DNA of 64,000 nucleotides from a virus: IMG/VR virus record IMGVR_UViG_3300023094_000009, positions 1 to 64,000 of that record; one strand, 5' to 3'. Shown piece by piece: positions 42,898 to 53,958 of this stretch (position 1 is its first letter; each line of letters starts with the position of its first letter). The notes under the pieces were generated by a model. It saw only the letters and a program-made list of their open reading frames with translations, ran no database searches and was not told where the DNA came from. The position numbers and the translations under genes were made by a program.

Positions 42898-44206
42898 TTT
42901 TGTAACTCCTACGGAGCTTTCCTATATTGATTTAATCTCTATGGGAGGCTCCGAAAAGTTAGGAGATGAGTCAAAATTAGGTCAATTTTGTTCTGGATTG
43001 AAGTATGCTATTGCTCTCATTCTAAGAAACAGCATTGAGTTTAAAGCTGTTGTGCGAGGTAATCACTTTATTGGAGGGCATGACCGAGATGTGACTACAA
43101 TTTTTGGAACTTACACTTATCTTGAGGTTGACGAGTTAAGTGGAAAAGAGAAAGAACTTATTGGCTTCACTGTGTCAAGAGATTACGAGTCTTTTAATTC
43201 TTTACATTGTGAGGACATTTTTGAAGCTGCTGGAGATGAAAATTTGCAGACAGGATTTTCAAAAGAATTAGGTTACAACTGGAGTCCGTGGATGATTCTT
43301 AGAGAGCTTTATTCTAACATGCTTGATGAAGGAGGATACTATGTAGAAGGAGTTCCTCCAACAATTGGTAAGTGTGGTACAGTGATTACTTTGTCTTTTG
43401 AAGAAAATTCAATATTTGATACTATCTGGGAAAACAGGCACTTGTACATAAATGAATCGGATGATACACTAGAAGTGTCTTATAGGGTTAAGGCTGTTCT
43501 AAACACAGACAAATACCTTAGAATCTACAAACAAAATATCCTTGTTTATGAAGACAAAGAAATGTTCAGCGAGTACTCATACATTATTAACTTCGGTGAG
43601 ATTGATGAGCGCAGGATTTTAAGTGATTACAGCAGTGTAAGACATGATATCCTTTACGATATTTTGAGTTGTGAAAATGAAGAGTTCATTAAGGGACTAT
43701 TCAGACCAGACTTTGAAGAAGTAAAAGGTGCATTCTTATCTCGTGGTGGTGTTTATGGGACTTGTTCAGATACAATTCACAAATTAGTACAAGAGAATGT
43801 AGAAAAATATGATTCTTTCAATACTTATGAATGGTTGGTTAACAAAGCTAAGGACAGAAAAGACTGTAAACTTCCCGGAAAAAAGATTCAAACAGTAGAA
43901 GATAGTTTGTGGTCATATTCTTCAACTGTAGTTGTTGAAAGTATTCCAGAGGAAGTTAAATTGTCAATCAAAGATAATATCTGTAAAAAGTATGATCTAG
44001 ATCTCTCTGAAATAAGTGTAAAGGAATCCCCTCTAACAGGCGCAAAGGTGGTAGCAGACAAGTTCAACAATTGTTTGATTTTGTCTCCCGAGTTTAAGAT
44101 TGAAGATGATATCGCTGAGTTTATTGTGGAATACTACACTCTAAAGCAGAAAGGAAATATTGTTAAAACTTTAAGCACTGTCTTGGCGCAAAGACTGAAA
44201 AAATAA
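42884..44206 (+). CDS. GHKL-type ATPase domain protein (permuted motif order)
   Basis: MGGSEK...LGQFCSGLKYA, then WMILRELYSNMLDE. Confidence 0.7.
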   Translation: MKHVSFVTPTELSYIDLISMGGSEKLGDESKLGQFCSGLKYAIALILRNSIEFKAVVRGNHFIGGHDRDVTTIFGTYTYLEVDELSGKEKELIGFTVSRDYESFNSLHCEDIFEAAGDENLQTGFSKELGYNWSPWMILRELYSNMLDEGGYYVEGVPPTIGKCGTVITLSFEENSIFDTIWENRHLYINESDDTLEVSYRVKAVLNTDKYLRIYKQNILVYEDKEMFSEYSYIINFGEIDERRILSDYSSVRHDILYDILSCENEEFIKGLFRPDFEEVKGAFLSRGGVYGTCSDTIHKLVQENVEKYDSFNTYEWLVNKAKDRKDCKLPGKKIQTVEDSLWSYSSTVVVESIPEEVKLSIKDNICKKYDLDLSEISVKESPLTGAKVVADKFNNCLILSPEFKIEDDIAEFIVEYYTLKQKGNIVKTLSTVLAQRLKK

Positions 44207-44227
44207 AAAATTAGAAATTTATCCTAA

Positions 44228-46246
44228 ATGGAAAATAAAATACAGGAAGTTTACAACTATTTCAAAGAGAAGATTATTTCAGGAGATTACATTGTAATAG
44301 AAAAAGAAAAGTTAGCTTGGAGTGTAATAATTGATGGTAAATACAAATTTGATTTGTGGATTGGAGGTAATTGGGATATGTTTTCTGTTGGCGGAATATT
44401 CACAGAAGCATTCATGACAATTGAATTTACAGATGATGAAAAGAAACTTGCTTGGGCTTCACTTGAACCTCTTCTAACAGAATGGGAACATTTACAAGGT
44501 TTGCCAGAAAGAAAGAAGAAATATGAAGAACTCAAAAAAGAATTTGAAGGATGAAAAAAGAAAGTGGATGTCAATTTATTCCTAATGGAGAAGTTGAAAA
44601 AAGATGTTTGAAATGTGGATATGTTATTTGGAGAAGCACTATCAAATCTGATCATGAAGTTGTCAAGGATATGATCGAGTTGGACTATCCTAAACCAGAT
44701 TGTTATAATGAATCAAAGTTGTATTAAGATTATGAAATTACTAAAATTAAACATAGTACCTGTTGCATTTCTTATTTTAGCAGGATTTCTGGCTTATTTC
44801 GATAAGTCAGGTTCAGGTTGGTGTATATTTGGAGCAATTATTACTTATGACTAGACTGACAGATGAGGAAGTAGAGGCACAATTTGAGGAGAAGTTTGGC
44901 AAATGGCCGGGAAAACAAACTGAAAAGGAAAATTTACAAAAAGTAATCTGCAAAATCAACACTCCTCAACACAAGAAAGGAGAGGTTGTAGACCGTTTTG
45001 ACCTAGAAATAGATAGATTGGAGTACCCTGACGTTTATATGCCCACAGATATGCTCTCATTACGTTTCAGAGGATCTAAATCCATGTTCGCTCTATCACA
45101 ATTAATTTGGGAAACAAATAAAGAAAAAGAATCATGAAAGAAAAATTTGCACAAATGACGCTGGAACAGAAATTAGATTTCCTTCCACTTAAAGAGAGTT
45201 TAGAATTATTGAATTCAGGAATAAAACTGAAAACAAGATTTAGCTGGGTTGTAATGACTGAAGAGCTAGGTGATAATCCTGAAAGTATGTCGATAGAGGA
45301 AATTCTTGAGGCACATGCAGAGATGTATGGAGAGGAAGATCAAAATTATTTGAGAGTTGGAAAAGCTTATGACGAGTTCGATGAATTTACTTTAGAGCTT
45401 TGCCCTGCCCCTACGTATACTGACTTAATTAGGTAAGATGAAAGCAAGAAACGATTTTGAAACAGATGATGAATACAATATTTATCTTCGATATTATTAT
45501 GCTGGGCAAAGTTTGAGTGCTATTGCTTTGGTTGATGTAAAAGGAGAGTATTTAAAGAAAGTTCCCACGCAATGTATTCAATACGCTGATGAATTAATTT
45601 CACAACTACAGGATGGCAGATAGAAAACACATCATACACTTACTGGAAAATTCCTTGTTGGACTTTGAGATGTTGTACAAGAAGTATGTTGAAGAGAAAG
45701 GTGCTATTCCTTTTGATGTCTTTACAGAAGTTATGGGCGTATATGCTCAAAGAGTTGGTTTGTTTTCAGTTTATTCTTGTTTCGCGGAAATTAATGTATT
45801 GAGGAATAAAGAGGGAGTGGTAATTAAATATTGTTGATTATGAGAGATGAAATTGACGAGATCATAGAAATGTTTGAAAAATATTAACTGTCATGGAAGG
45901 AATTGAAGACTACGAAGATAAACTCAGAAATGAGGAAGAACAGACTGAAAAATGGTTTGGATTTGTCAACAGAACCATTTACCTCCTGCACAAGCTTGGG
46001 TATGGGATAGGGCGGAAAAAGAATATAATAAAGCGAAAGAAGATGGAAAAAGAAATTGAAAACAGGTTTAAAGAATTACGTCAAGAGCTACTTGAAATAA
46101 GGGAGGAAGTTGGTGGATTAATAAATCAATTACCTGAACAAGACTTTTTTAATAAAGGTATTTATAGGGTGGATCATATTCTTAGCAATTTTGGAATTTC
46201 TATCAGTGCTTGTGAGTTTGATATATTAGATATTCTTGAAAAATGA
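44228..46246 (+). other. block of short hypothetical ORFs
   Basis: 44228-44554, 44829-45137, 45134-45436, 45438-45623, 45613-45837, 45893-46246. Confidence 0.65.
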
Positions 46247-46818
46247 ATTACATTAACACTAAATTCTTATCCAGTTCAGGCTTTACTTGGGACGATGCTT
46301 ACACTTTACTTCTCATTAAGCAAGGTCAAGCAGAGGAATTAGAGAAAGAGTGGACGGAAAAACTTTTGGAAGTGGGACTAATAAAACTGATTAAACCAAA
46401 GAATAAAGCTGAAAGCGAGTTGAGCAGACTTAGACTTGATAAGAAGGGAAGGGAATTTTTGGAGAAGTTGAGTGAAGCAGAAATTGAGGAGGAGGATAAT
46501 CGGGTATTAATTTGGCTTTCAGACTTATATAAGTCTTTGGGGAAAGAAATAGGAAGCAAGAATAAAACTTTATACTATCTAAAAGAGTTTCGGGTAAAAA
46601 GTGGAATCGACAAGAACAAACTTGTTAACTTAATAACTGTTCTAACTAATGACGAAAATCAAATGGAGTGGAGTAAGGTGTTACAATATTTGATATTCAA
46701 ACCCCAGAATGTTTACAATACAAAATTCAATTTGGACGAATCAAAATTGTGGAATTACTATTTGAAGCATCAAAACTACTTTGACAAAGAGTGGGAGAAA
46801 GAAAAATATCAAAACTAA
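46243..46818 (+). CDS. hypothetical protein, possibly replication-associated (wHTH-like N-terminus)
   Basis: Directly upstream of the helicase; LLEVGLIK...LDKKGREFL. Confidence 0.5.
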   Translation: MNYINTKFLSSSGFTWDDAYTLLLIKQGQAEELEKEWTEKLLEVGLIKLIKPKNKAESELSRLRLDKKGREFLEKLSEAEIEEEDNRVLIWLSDLYKSLGKEIGSKNKTLYYLKEFRVKSGIDKNKLVNLITVLTNDENQMEWSKVLQYLIFKPQNVYNTKFNLDESKLWNYYLKHQNYFDKEWEKEKYQN

Positions 46819-46834
46819 AATTGGAGAGTTTTAA

Positions 46835-48019
46835 ATGGAGTTAAGTGAGAATGCTACAAAAATAAAAGAAAAACTTTTTGCCACCACTTCTGAAGCTGAT
46901 GATGCTTTCAATGAACTACTAAATTTACAAAAAGGAGTTGATAATGTTATATACACAGGATTAAGTTTTTTGGATGAAAATCTCATTGGTGGATTATGTA
47001 ACAAGCTGATTTTCATTGGTTCACGACCTTCACAGGGTAAGTCTCACAATGCTGCAACTATCCTGAAGAACCTTTTTTCTGAAGAGATTAACCCGAACCA
47101 AAAGATTCAGGCATTACGTTTAAATTTGGAAATGGTTACTCAGTCTCTTCTGCTAAGAGCTTTGAAGCCAGCCTTGAACAAGTCACTTAAAAGTATAATT
47201 TCGCAAGAGTTTACTCCTAGTGAATTGGTAAAAGCCGAGGAAGTATTGAATGAATTCAAAGACCCTAGAATTCTTGACTTTTCTAAAGCTGTAAAGGGAA
47301 ATGATTTGAAGGACTTGTTAGATGCTTTTCGTGTGGGTGTGTGGGAGAAAGATAATGCAGAGTATATCCGGCTAGGAAAACCAAAAGGGTTCAAAAAGAC
47401 CAAAAAGGTAGTTATTGTAGACCATTTACATGTATATGATAGTAAAGAGTCTATTGATAATGTTTTGCAGATTTGCAACGAGTATAAGATGATTGATAAA
47501 GATTTGTCCTTTATATTCTACTTTCAATTCAACAGAACAATTGAAGATGTGTGGCGGGAGTCTAAGGAAAAGAAAGGACATAACTTTAATATGCTTCCCT
47601 CATCAAAGTATATCTACCTTACAGATTTACTAATGCAGTATGCAGATATTGTGATGAGTCTGACTATCCCACAAGTGATCGGATTAGAGTCTTTTGCTTC
47701 TGTTCACAAGGAGAGGTGTTCTCACTTGAAGGATCATTTTCTGGAAGATGGGAAAGAGGGGAATTATGTTAAGTTGAAAGCTTTAAATAGGATATACTAT
47801 GACTTCTTGAAAATACGTATGAACGATTCCTTTGATGATCCAAGACTATTCTGTGAAATACTTGACCCCAGCAAAGAAGAAACTGTAAACAAAATTTATC
47901 AAGAAAATCAAACACCCTCCATAGCTCCACCACAATTTAATTCACATCCGCCCACTTTCTTTTCTGATGCTTTGAATAATGCTAAAGGAGTGGAGTTTGA
48001 GGATCAGCCACCGTTTTAA
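46835..48019 (+). CDS. DnaB-like (SF4) replicative helicase
   Basis: TGL..LDE, FIGSRPSQGKS, LEM, VIVDHLH, QFNR, QYADIV. Confidence 0.85.
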   Translation: MELSENATKIKEKLFATTSEADDAFNELLNLQKGVDNVIYTGLSFLDENLIGGLCNKLIFIGSRPSQGKSHNAATILKNLFSEEINPNQKIQALRLNLEMVTQSLLLRALKPALNKSLKSIISQEFTPSELVKAEEVLNEFKDPRILDFSKAVKGNDLKDLLDAFRVGVWEKDNAEYIRLGKPKGFKKTKKVVIVDHLHVYDSKESIDNVLQICNEYKMIDKDLSFIFYFQFNRTIEDVWRESKEKKGHNFNMLPSSKYIYLTDLLMQYADIVMSLTIPQVIGLESFASVHKERCSHLKDHFLEDGKEGNYVKLKALNRIYYDFLKIRMNDSFDDPRLFCEILDPSKEETVNKIYQENQTPSIAPPQFNSHPPTFFSDALNNAKGVEFEDQPPF

Positions 48020-48227
48020 AGACTTATTTTGCGCGAAAATTAAATAATAAACTATGACAGAATACAGAAAGAAAGAGTTAATTAAGGATTTGATGGGTCA
48101 CTATTCCTTTCCAGATCATTTAGATACTGTTGAGTGGAGGGATGTACTAATCCTACTACTTGATAAGATGGAGAGTATTAACCCGCAGGATCTGGAGGAA
48201 TTTTTAACAAATAAATAAAAAATAAGT

Positions 48228-51200
48228 ATGGAGACAGACGAACTACTCAGAAAGGTAGAGTTAGGAGAAAAGCTAAATGAGTATGAGCTTAGAGAACTTG
48301 TAGAATTTGAGTATCGAAGAGAAGAGGGTGATGACAGACGTTGGAGCAAAAGCATAAGTTCTTATTTTAAGCTGGAAAATAGTGACAGGACTTTCTGCTT
48401 AGAGTGGGAACAAGGCTTGACAGAAAATCAAGAGAACCAATTTTATGATCAGCCTTACGAAGTGATTGAAACAATTGAAGAAAGAGTAATAACAACCAAA
48501 ATTTTTAATTATAAAAGAGTATGAAAAATTACATGATAGCAACCGCATCCTATACGAAGTTGGTAGGAGAGAACACTTATAAAAAGGTAAAAGAACCTTT
48601 CTTGATCGCCTCCAGTACCTTCACTGAAGGAGAAACTTTTATGTATGAGAAAGTAGCTGAAGGAATTCGAGGAGAATTTGAAGTGAATGGTTTGGTAAAA
48701 GAACAAGTTGATGGTATTTTTTATGCTGACAAAGAAGTGCAAAGCTTCTGGTATAAATCGAAAGCAACAACTCCTGATCCAGATTCGGAAAAAGAGAAAT
48801 CTATTAACTTGGTTTACTATGTAAATGCTGACAGTGTTAGAATAGCTACGGAGACTTTGGAAGAGAACTTGTCTAATTTGTGGTCTGAATCAGAAGTTAA
48901 GTCAGTCACAATTAGTAAGATTGTGGATGTTTTTGAAAACGAGAATTGATTCGAGTAGACTTATTTTGTTTTCAGTTTTGTTTGCCGAGATTTGGTTAAT
49001 TAAGTGTTAAATGGTGGAGGGTTGGTAACGGCTCTCCATTTTTTGTTTAAATTTGTCTCATGAAAAAAGAAGAGTTATTATTCAATAAATACATCCACAA
49101 TTTTGTATTCAAAAATTGGGAGGATATAGACCTTAATCGGGCAGAGATTAAACAAAGCAAGGAAGACTTTTTAAAAGAAGTTCTTAGTAATGTTGAAACT
49201 TCTGTTTGGGTTCTGATGGAAGTTTGCCTTCACTATATGAAGAGTAACGAGGGCAAAAAATTCTATAAATCTATTGAGGTTGAAACAGAAGATTGTGATT
49301 TTTATGTATTTAAAATAGACAACAATTACTATAAAGTTCACTATTATTACACTGATCCAGTAACAATAGATTTTGTAAAACCTAAGTTTAAGAAAGTAAT
49401 GTATTTTTAAATATGAAAAAATCAATTGATAAAGACAAATTTATAGAGTTCATGCTGACAGGTCAAGTCGTCTGGACTAGTCAAGAAATAGAAGAACTCT
49501 TTAGAGTGGATCTTCTGTCAATTGAAGAGATTATGAAAATGAGAGAAGACGTCTTTTATCAAGAACTAACTTGTGAAGAGATACTGGAAAGGTATAGAGA
49601 CTCACTAACGGAGCAAGGTAAAAGAAAATTAATTCAAATTGCAGGAAAATGAGAGATTTCAAATCAGAATTAATTGAACATCTGAAAACAAAGCTTATAT
49701 CGAATATAGATTCTTTGTGGGGAGAAACTAAATCTTATTACAAAGCCAGACTTATTGAAATGGGAGGTTGCTATGCTTCGTTTGGAGAGGATATTTCTGT
49801 TTGGTTACTTATTGATAAAGAACAGCAGATGAGTTTAAAATTTAGTGTGTCTTTAGATGAAGTGGTTAAATTCACAAGTTTAGTTGACAAAATGAAACCT
49901 TTACAAAAATTAGAAAATCAACGTACTTTTGTTAGAGATGTTATGGCAGAATATGCAGATGAACATCATGAGTTTGTAGTTAAGAGGATAATGGAAGGAC
50001 TAAGAATATCTTGGGACGAAGCATTTAGTCTCTTTGATAACGAGCACTTGAGTAGATACTTCTCGCCGGAAAAGAAGAACTGAAAACAAATAAAACAGAA
50101 AATTAATGAGCACAATACTACTAATAGCAATCGTAACAACAGGAGTTATAATTGAATACACTCTATCGCCTAGAATAGATAAAACAATTGAAGGAGAAAC
50201 ACTCCTCTGGTATGGAAGAAACAAAAGGAAATTTATTAAGTTATGAGAAAATTCAAACATATCAAAACAGGTTTGATTGCAACAGAATCAGAATTCCACT
50301 ATAATCTAGAAAATAACTGTGGAGATGTAAAAGAGATTCCAAAATGTATTGTAGAAGATTGTCAGGATTGGAAAATATTCTATGTCTGTGAAGTAGGTAC
50401 TAAGATTAAGGATAACACTTACGGAAATATCATTACCAAAACAGAAGGTGGTTGGTCTTACCCTTGGGAGAATGACCCTGATTTTGTTGAGAGAGGAATT
50501 GGATCAAGGTTTTCTTTGATAGGAGATGAAGAGGTAAAAGAAGATGCCTTTCAGATTTTGTCTTTTAAGAGAGTACTTGGAAAAGATCCCCTTTACACCT
50601 TTAATGAGAGTACGGGTTTATATAGAGAAGGACTTACTTTGGATTGCCTAAGAAACTCCGTTAAAAATGGAAGTTTTATTATACATTCCATTCGTCGCAA
50701 TTCTGATGGAGAGATTTTTACTGTTGGGGATAGGTGTCATCCTAAAGAGTCTCCATCAAATAGAGATAAAATCAGGGAATTTAGATTGGTTCAGCATGGT
50801 TCAGGTTTATATGTTTGCTCTGTTAATAAAGCTTGGGGGCAAGATTTAAATAATATCCAAAAAGTACGTACTGAAAACTACAGAATCACAACTCTTCATT
50901 GGGTAACAGATCAAGATAATTTGATTAAATACAATGAACCTACACAAGCATGGCGTAAAGGTTTTAAGGAGGATTTTAATTCTAATATTACTGAAGAAGA
51001 ATTCATTGAGTCTTACCTTGAAAGTGGTTTGTGGAAGATACATACAATTATTTGTGAAGATAAAACTTTCTCTGTTGGAGATAAGGTTGTTTGGGATTGG
51101 AGTAGAAACAATGTAAAATATTTTACAATTAAATCTTTTCAAGAGTCTGCTAAATACGGAATTGAGTTTTCTCCCAAAGAACATGATTGTGAAAGTTGGT

Positions 51201-53321
51201 TCGATATAATAGGGTTATTGAAGAGATTGGATCTCAGACATTATAAAGAGTCACTATTCACCACTTACGATCAAGTTGAAATTTTTGAAGGTGATGAATA
51301 TTTTTATGTTATAGGTGGAGAGATGCAAGGTCACTCATGGAGAGTTAATTGTCATATCTGTAATTGGAGTAACACTGATGAAATTCCTTTAGGATATTGG
51401 CAATTCGCGGAAAAGAAAAATGCAGAAGCATACATACTGAGAAACAAACCTTGTCTAAGTGTAGAAGAAGTATTGGATGCTTTGGAAAGTGAAGGAGTTC
51501 CGGAATGGGGCTGGGACAGAACATGTAAAGAGCGTGTAAATAAGTTGGAAGGTTTGGTTCAAAAGAAGATTGGTTCTGATTATGTTTTCGCCGAGAATCT
51601 AAAAATTAGGTAGAAGTATGGGATATTATGTAAAGTTTGAAAGTAAGAAGATTTGTTTAAGGAAAGACATCCCTGAATGGTTGATTCAGTTCTTTTTAGA
51701 TACAGATGTCAGCAAAGTAGAAAATCCTGACCATGCTTTATTTAAAACAGACAGATGCTCAAGTTTGTTCTGCAATCATTCTGTCATTAGACCTTATTTA
51801 TTCAGGAAAGGAAATAACGGATACTATGAACTTTCCCTTTATTGTGAAATCAAATACGGTTGGGATGAGATTAGAGCATTTGCTGATTGGATTACACCTT
51901 TTGTTGCGGGACATAAAAAGAAAGAATACATTGGCTGGATGCAAGGCGAAGGACGAAATTACAGAGAAAATATTTATATTGAACGATTATGAATATTTCG
52001 GAGAAAGAAAAAGCTAAAGAACTACTTCTAAAATTTATGGATGAAGTCTATTCTCCAAATAATCTGGAGCATGTGTTAGCAAAGGCTTGTGCAATACTCT
52101 GTGTAAACCAAATAATTGATTTCCATAAAGAATATACAGGAGATGAGATTAGTGATTGGATTATATACTGGAATGAAGTTAAATTACATTTAGAAATACT
52201 ATGACAGAAAAACAAATTGAGGCTTATAATGCCGTGAAAAAGATTAATGAAGAATTGGCAGAAAAGTATCTGAGAAAAGATAAAAAAGATGACTACAAAG
52301 ATTGGATTTCCTTGCAACCTTCTTTAACTTTTGTAGTGAATGAATACAGGCTGTTCATTTCTCTCTCTATTCCTTCAACATCAAGACTAGCTTTGCCAGA
52401 AATTACTTTGTACAATTCCTTGGAAGACGACAGGATTTACTATGAGAAATCTGATAAGTACGAGACTTTTTATAAATTTTTAAAGCGGAAATTTATAGAA
52501 GTTAAAGAAGAGATTTATGCAATTAAGTTGTAATTTCCGCGAAATAAAAAACTGAAAAATAAGATGAAAATATACCAAAGCACAACACACGTACAAGAAC
52601 CAATAGGAACAAGGTACTACCAGTTAAATGTGATAAGTCAATGGGATTGGCATAGAAAAGCTTGCTGTTACAAAGGAGACATAAGCTATTCCTTGTGGAA
52701 GTGTGTACGTATATCTGACACTGAGAGTCGTATTGAAATAGTTTCTGATTTGACAAATGAAATTCGGGAGGAGTTGATTGAGATGGGTTACACTTTGGCG
52801 GGAAGAGAAAATTGGAAGAAATTATGACACTTAGAGAAGAATTTGAAGATACAGTTAAAACTGAAAAAGGCGGAATTTCAGTGCTATTTGAAACAAGTAA
52901 TCAGCACTATATTGAATGGTTGGAGAATCAAATAAACAAACTTCGTCAAGATGCTGTCCAAGGTCGTTTTTGTTCAGAAGAAGAGATAGAAACACTCAAG
53001 GAAGAATGCTATCAAGATGGGTTTGAAGATGGCCAAATGAGAGACTACTAATTTCGAGAAACTGAAAACAAAGACTTTATGAAAATACACAACTCAACAG
53101 AATACATAGAAGAACAAGAATATCTTCAACTATCCGTAATAAACAAATTTGATTTCTCAACACCAATTCATTGTTACGAAATGAATAATGGGTATCTGAT
53201 TAGCTATTGTGTGAAGAAATGGGCGGAAGGTAATGGATGTATGAAGTCAGAAATCGTTGCCTTGACAGAGGAGATGAAAAGTGAGCTTTTGAAAATGGGG
53301 TATAAATTGACTAAGAATTAA
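48228..53321 (+). other. block of hypothetical ORFs
   Basis: 48228-48524, 48521-48949, 49060-49410, 49649-50083, 51618-51992, 52201-52533, 52564-52827, 53079-53321 and others. Confidence 0.7.
50243..51613 (+). CDS. hypothetical protein with an internal duplicated domain
   Basis: FIIHSIRRNSDGEIFTVGD / WKIHTIICEDKTFSVGD repeats. Confidence 0.7.
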   Translation: MRKFKHIKTGLIATESEFHYNLENNCGDVKEIPKCIVEDCQDWKIFYVCEVGTKIKDNTYGNIITKTEGGWSYPWENDPDFVERGIGSRFSLIGDEEVKEDAFQILSFKRVLGKDPLYTFNESTGLYREGLTLDCLRNSVKNGSFIIHSIRRNSDGEIFTVGDRCHPKESPSNRDKIREFRLVQHGSGLYVCSVNKAWGQDLNNIQKVRTENYRITTLHWVTDQDNLIKYNEPTQAWRKGFKEDFNSNITEEEFIESYLESGLWKIHTIICEDKTFSVGDKVVWDWSRNNVKYFTIKSFQESAKYGIEFSPKEHDCESWFDIIGLLKRLDLRHYKESLFTTYDQVEIFEGDEYFYVIGGEMQGHSWRVNCHICNWSNTDEIPLGYWQFAEKKNAEAYILRNKPCLSVEEVLDALESEGVPEWGWDRTCKERVNKLEGLVQKKIGSDYVFAENLKIR

Positions 53322-53325
53322 TAAA

Positions 53326-53958
53326 ATGAAGTTGGAAGATATACATATCGGAGAAATTATCAAACAGGAGATAAATAAAGCAGGTATTAAAACGCCAGAA
53401 ATTTCTATGAAGCTAGATGTTACGGAAAGGTATATGTATCTTATCTATAAGAAACCGTCTATTGAAACGGCTTTGCTTGTAAAACTGTCAAACATTATTG
53501 GAGTTAATTTTTTCTCAAAATTCGAAGAGGAAATGAAACCAAAGTGTAGAAAAGACTTGGAGGAGAGAAAATTGTTTAGCGATATTTATATCCAAGGAAA
53601 ATCCAATTATAGTTTCAGCTTTCTTAAGAAATCTCCAGCAATTTATGGAATACTGAATATTCAATCTGGAAAGGTTTATATAGGATCAACCTCTAATATT
53701 AGGACAAGGGCTGGAGTTCATTTTAATAAACTGAAATCAGGTTATCACGAAAGGAAAAATATGCAAACCGATTTTAATATATTGGGATGTGATAATTTTG
53801 AAATCATCGTCTTTAAATATTGCAATAAAGAAGATTTGAGTAGGCTGGGGGAAGAGTTTTTTCAAGCATACAAAGAGAATTGCTATAATATTAGAATTCA
53901 CACTCAATCTAATAAAGGTAGTAAAGTGGCAAGTAAAAGTTTAATTAAATGGACTTAA
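53326..53958 (+). CDS. HTH + GIY-YIG endonuclease
   Basis: IHIGEII..EI HTH N-terminus; AIYGI...KVYIGST..IR.R...H. Confidence 0.8.
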   Translation: MKLEDIHIGEIIKQEINKAGIKTPEISMKLDVTERYMYLIYKKPSIETALLVKLSNIIGVNFFSKFEEEMKPKCRKDLEERKLFSDIYIQGKSNYSFSFLKKSPAIYGILNIQSGKVYIGSTSNIRTRAGVHFNKLKSGYHERKNMQTDFNILGCDNFEIIVFKYCNKEDLSRLGEEFFQAYKENCYNIRIHTQSNKGSKVASKSLIKWT

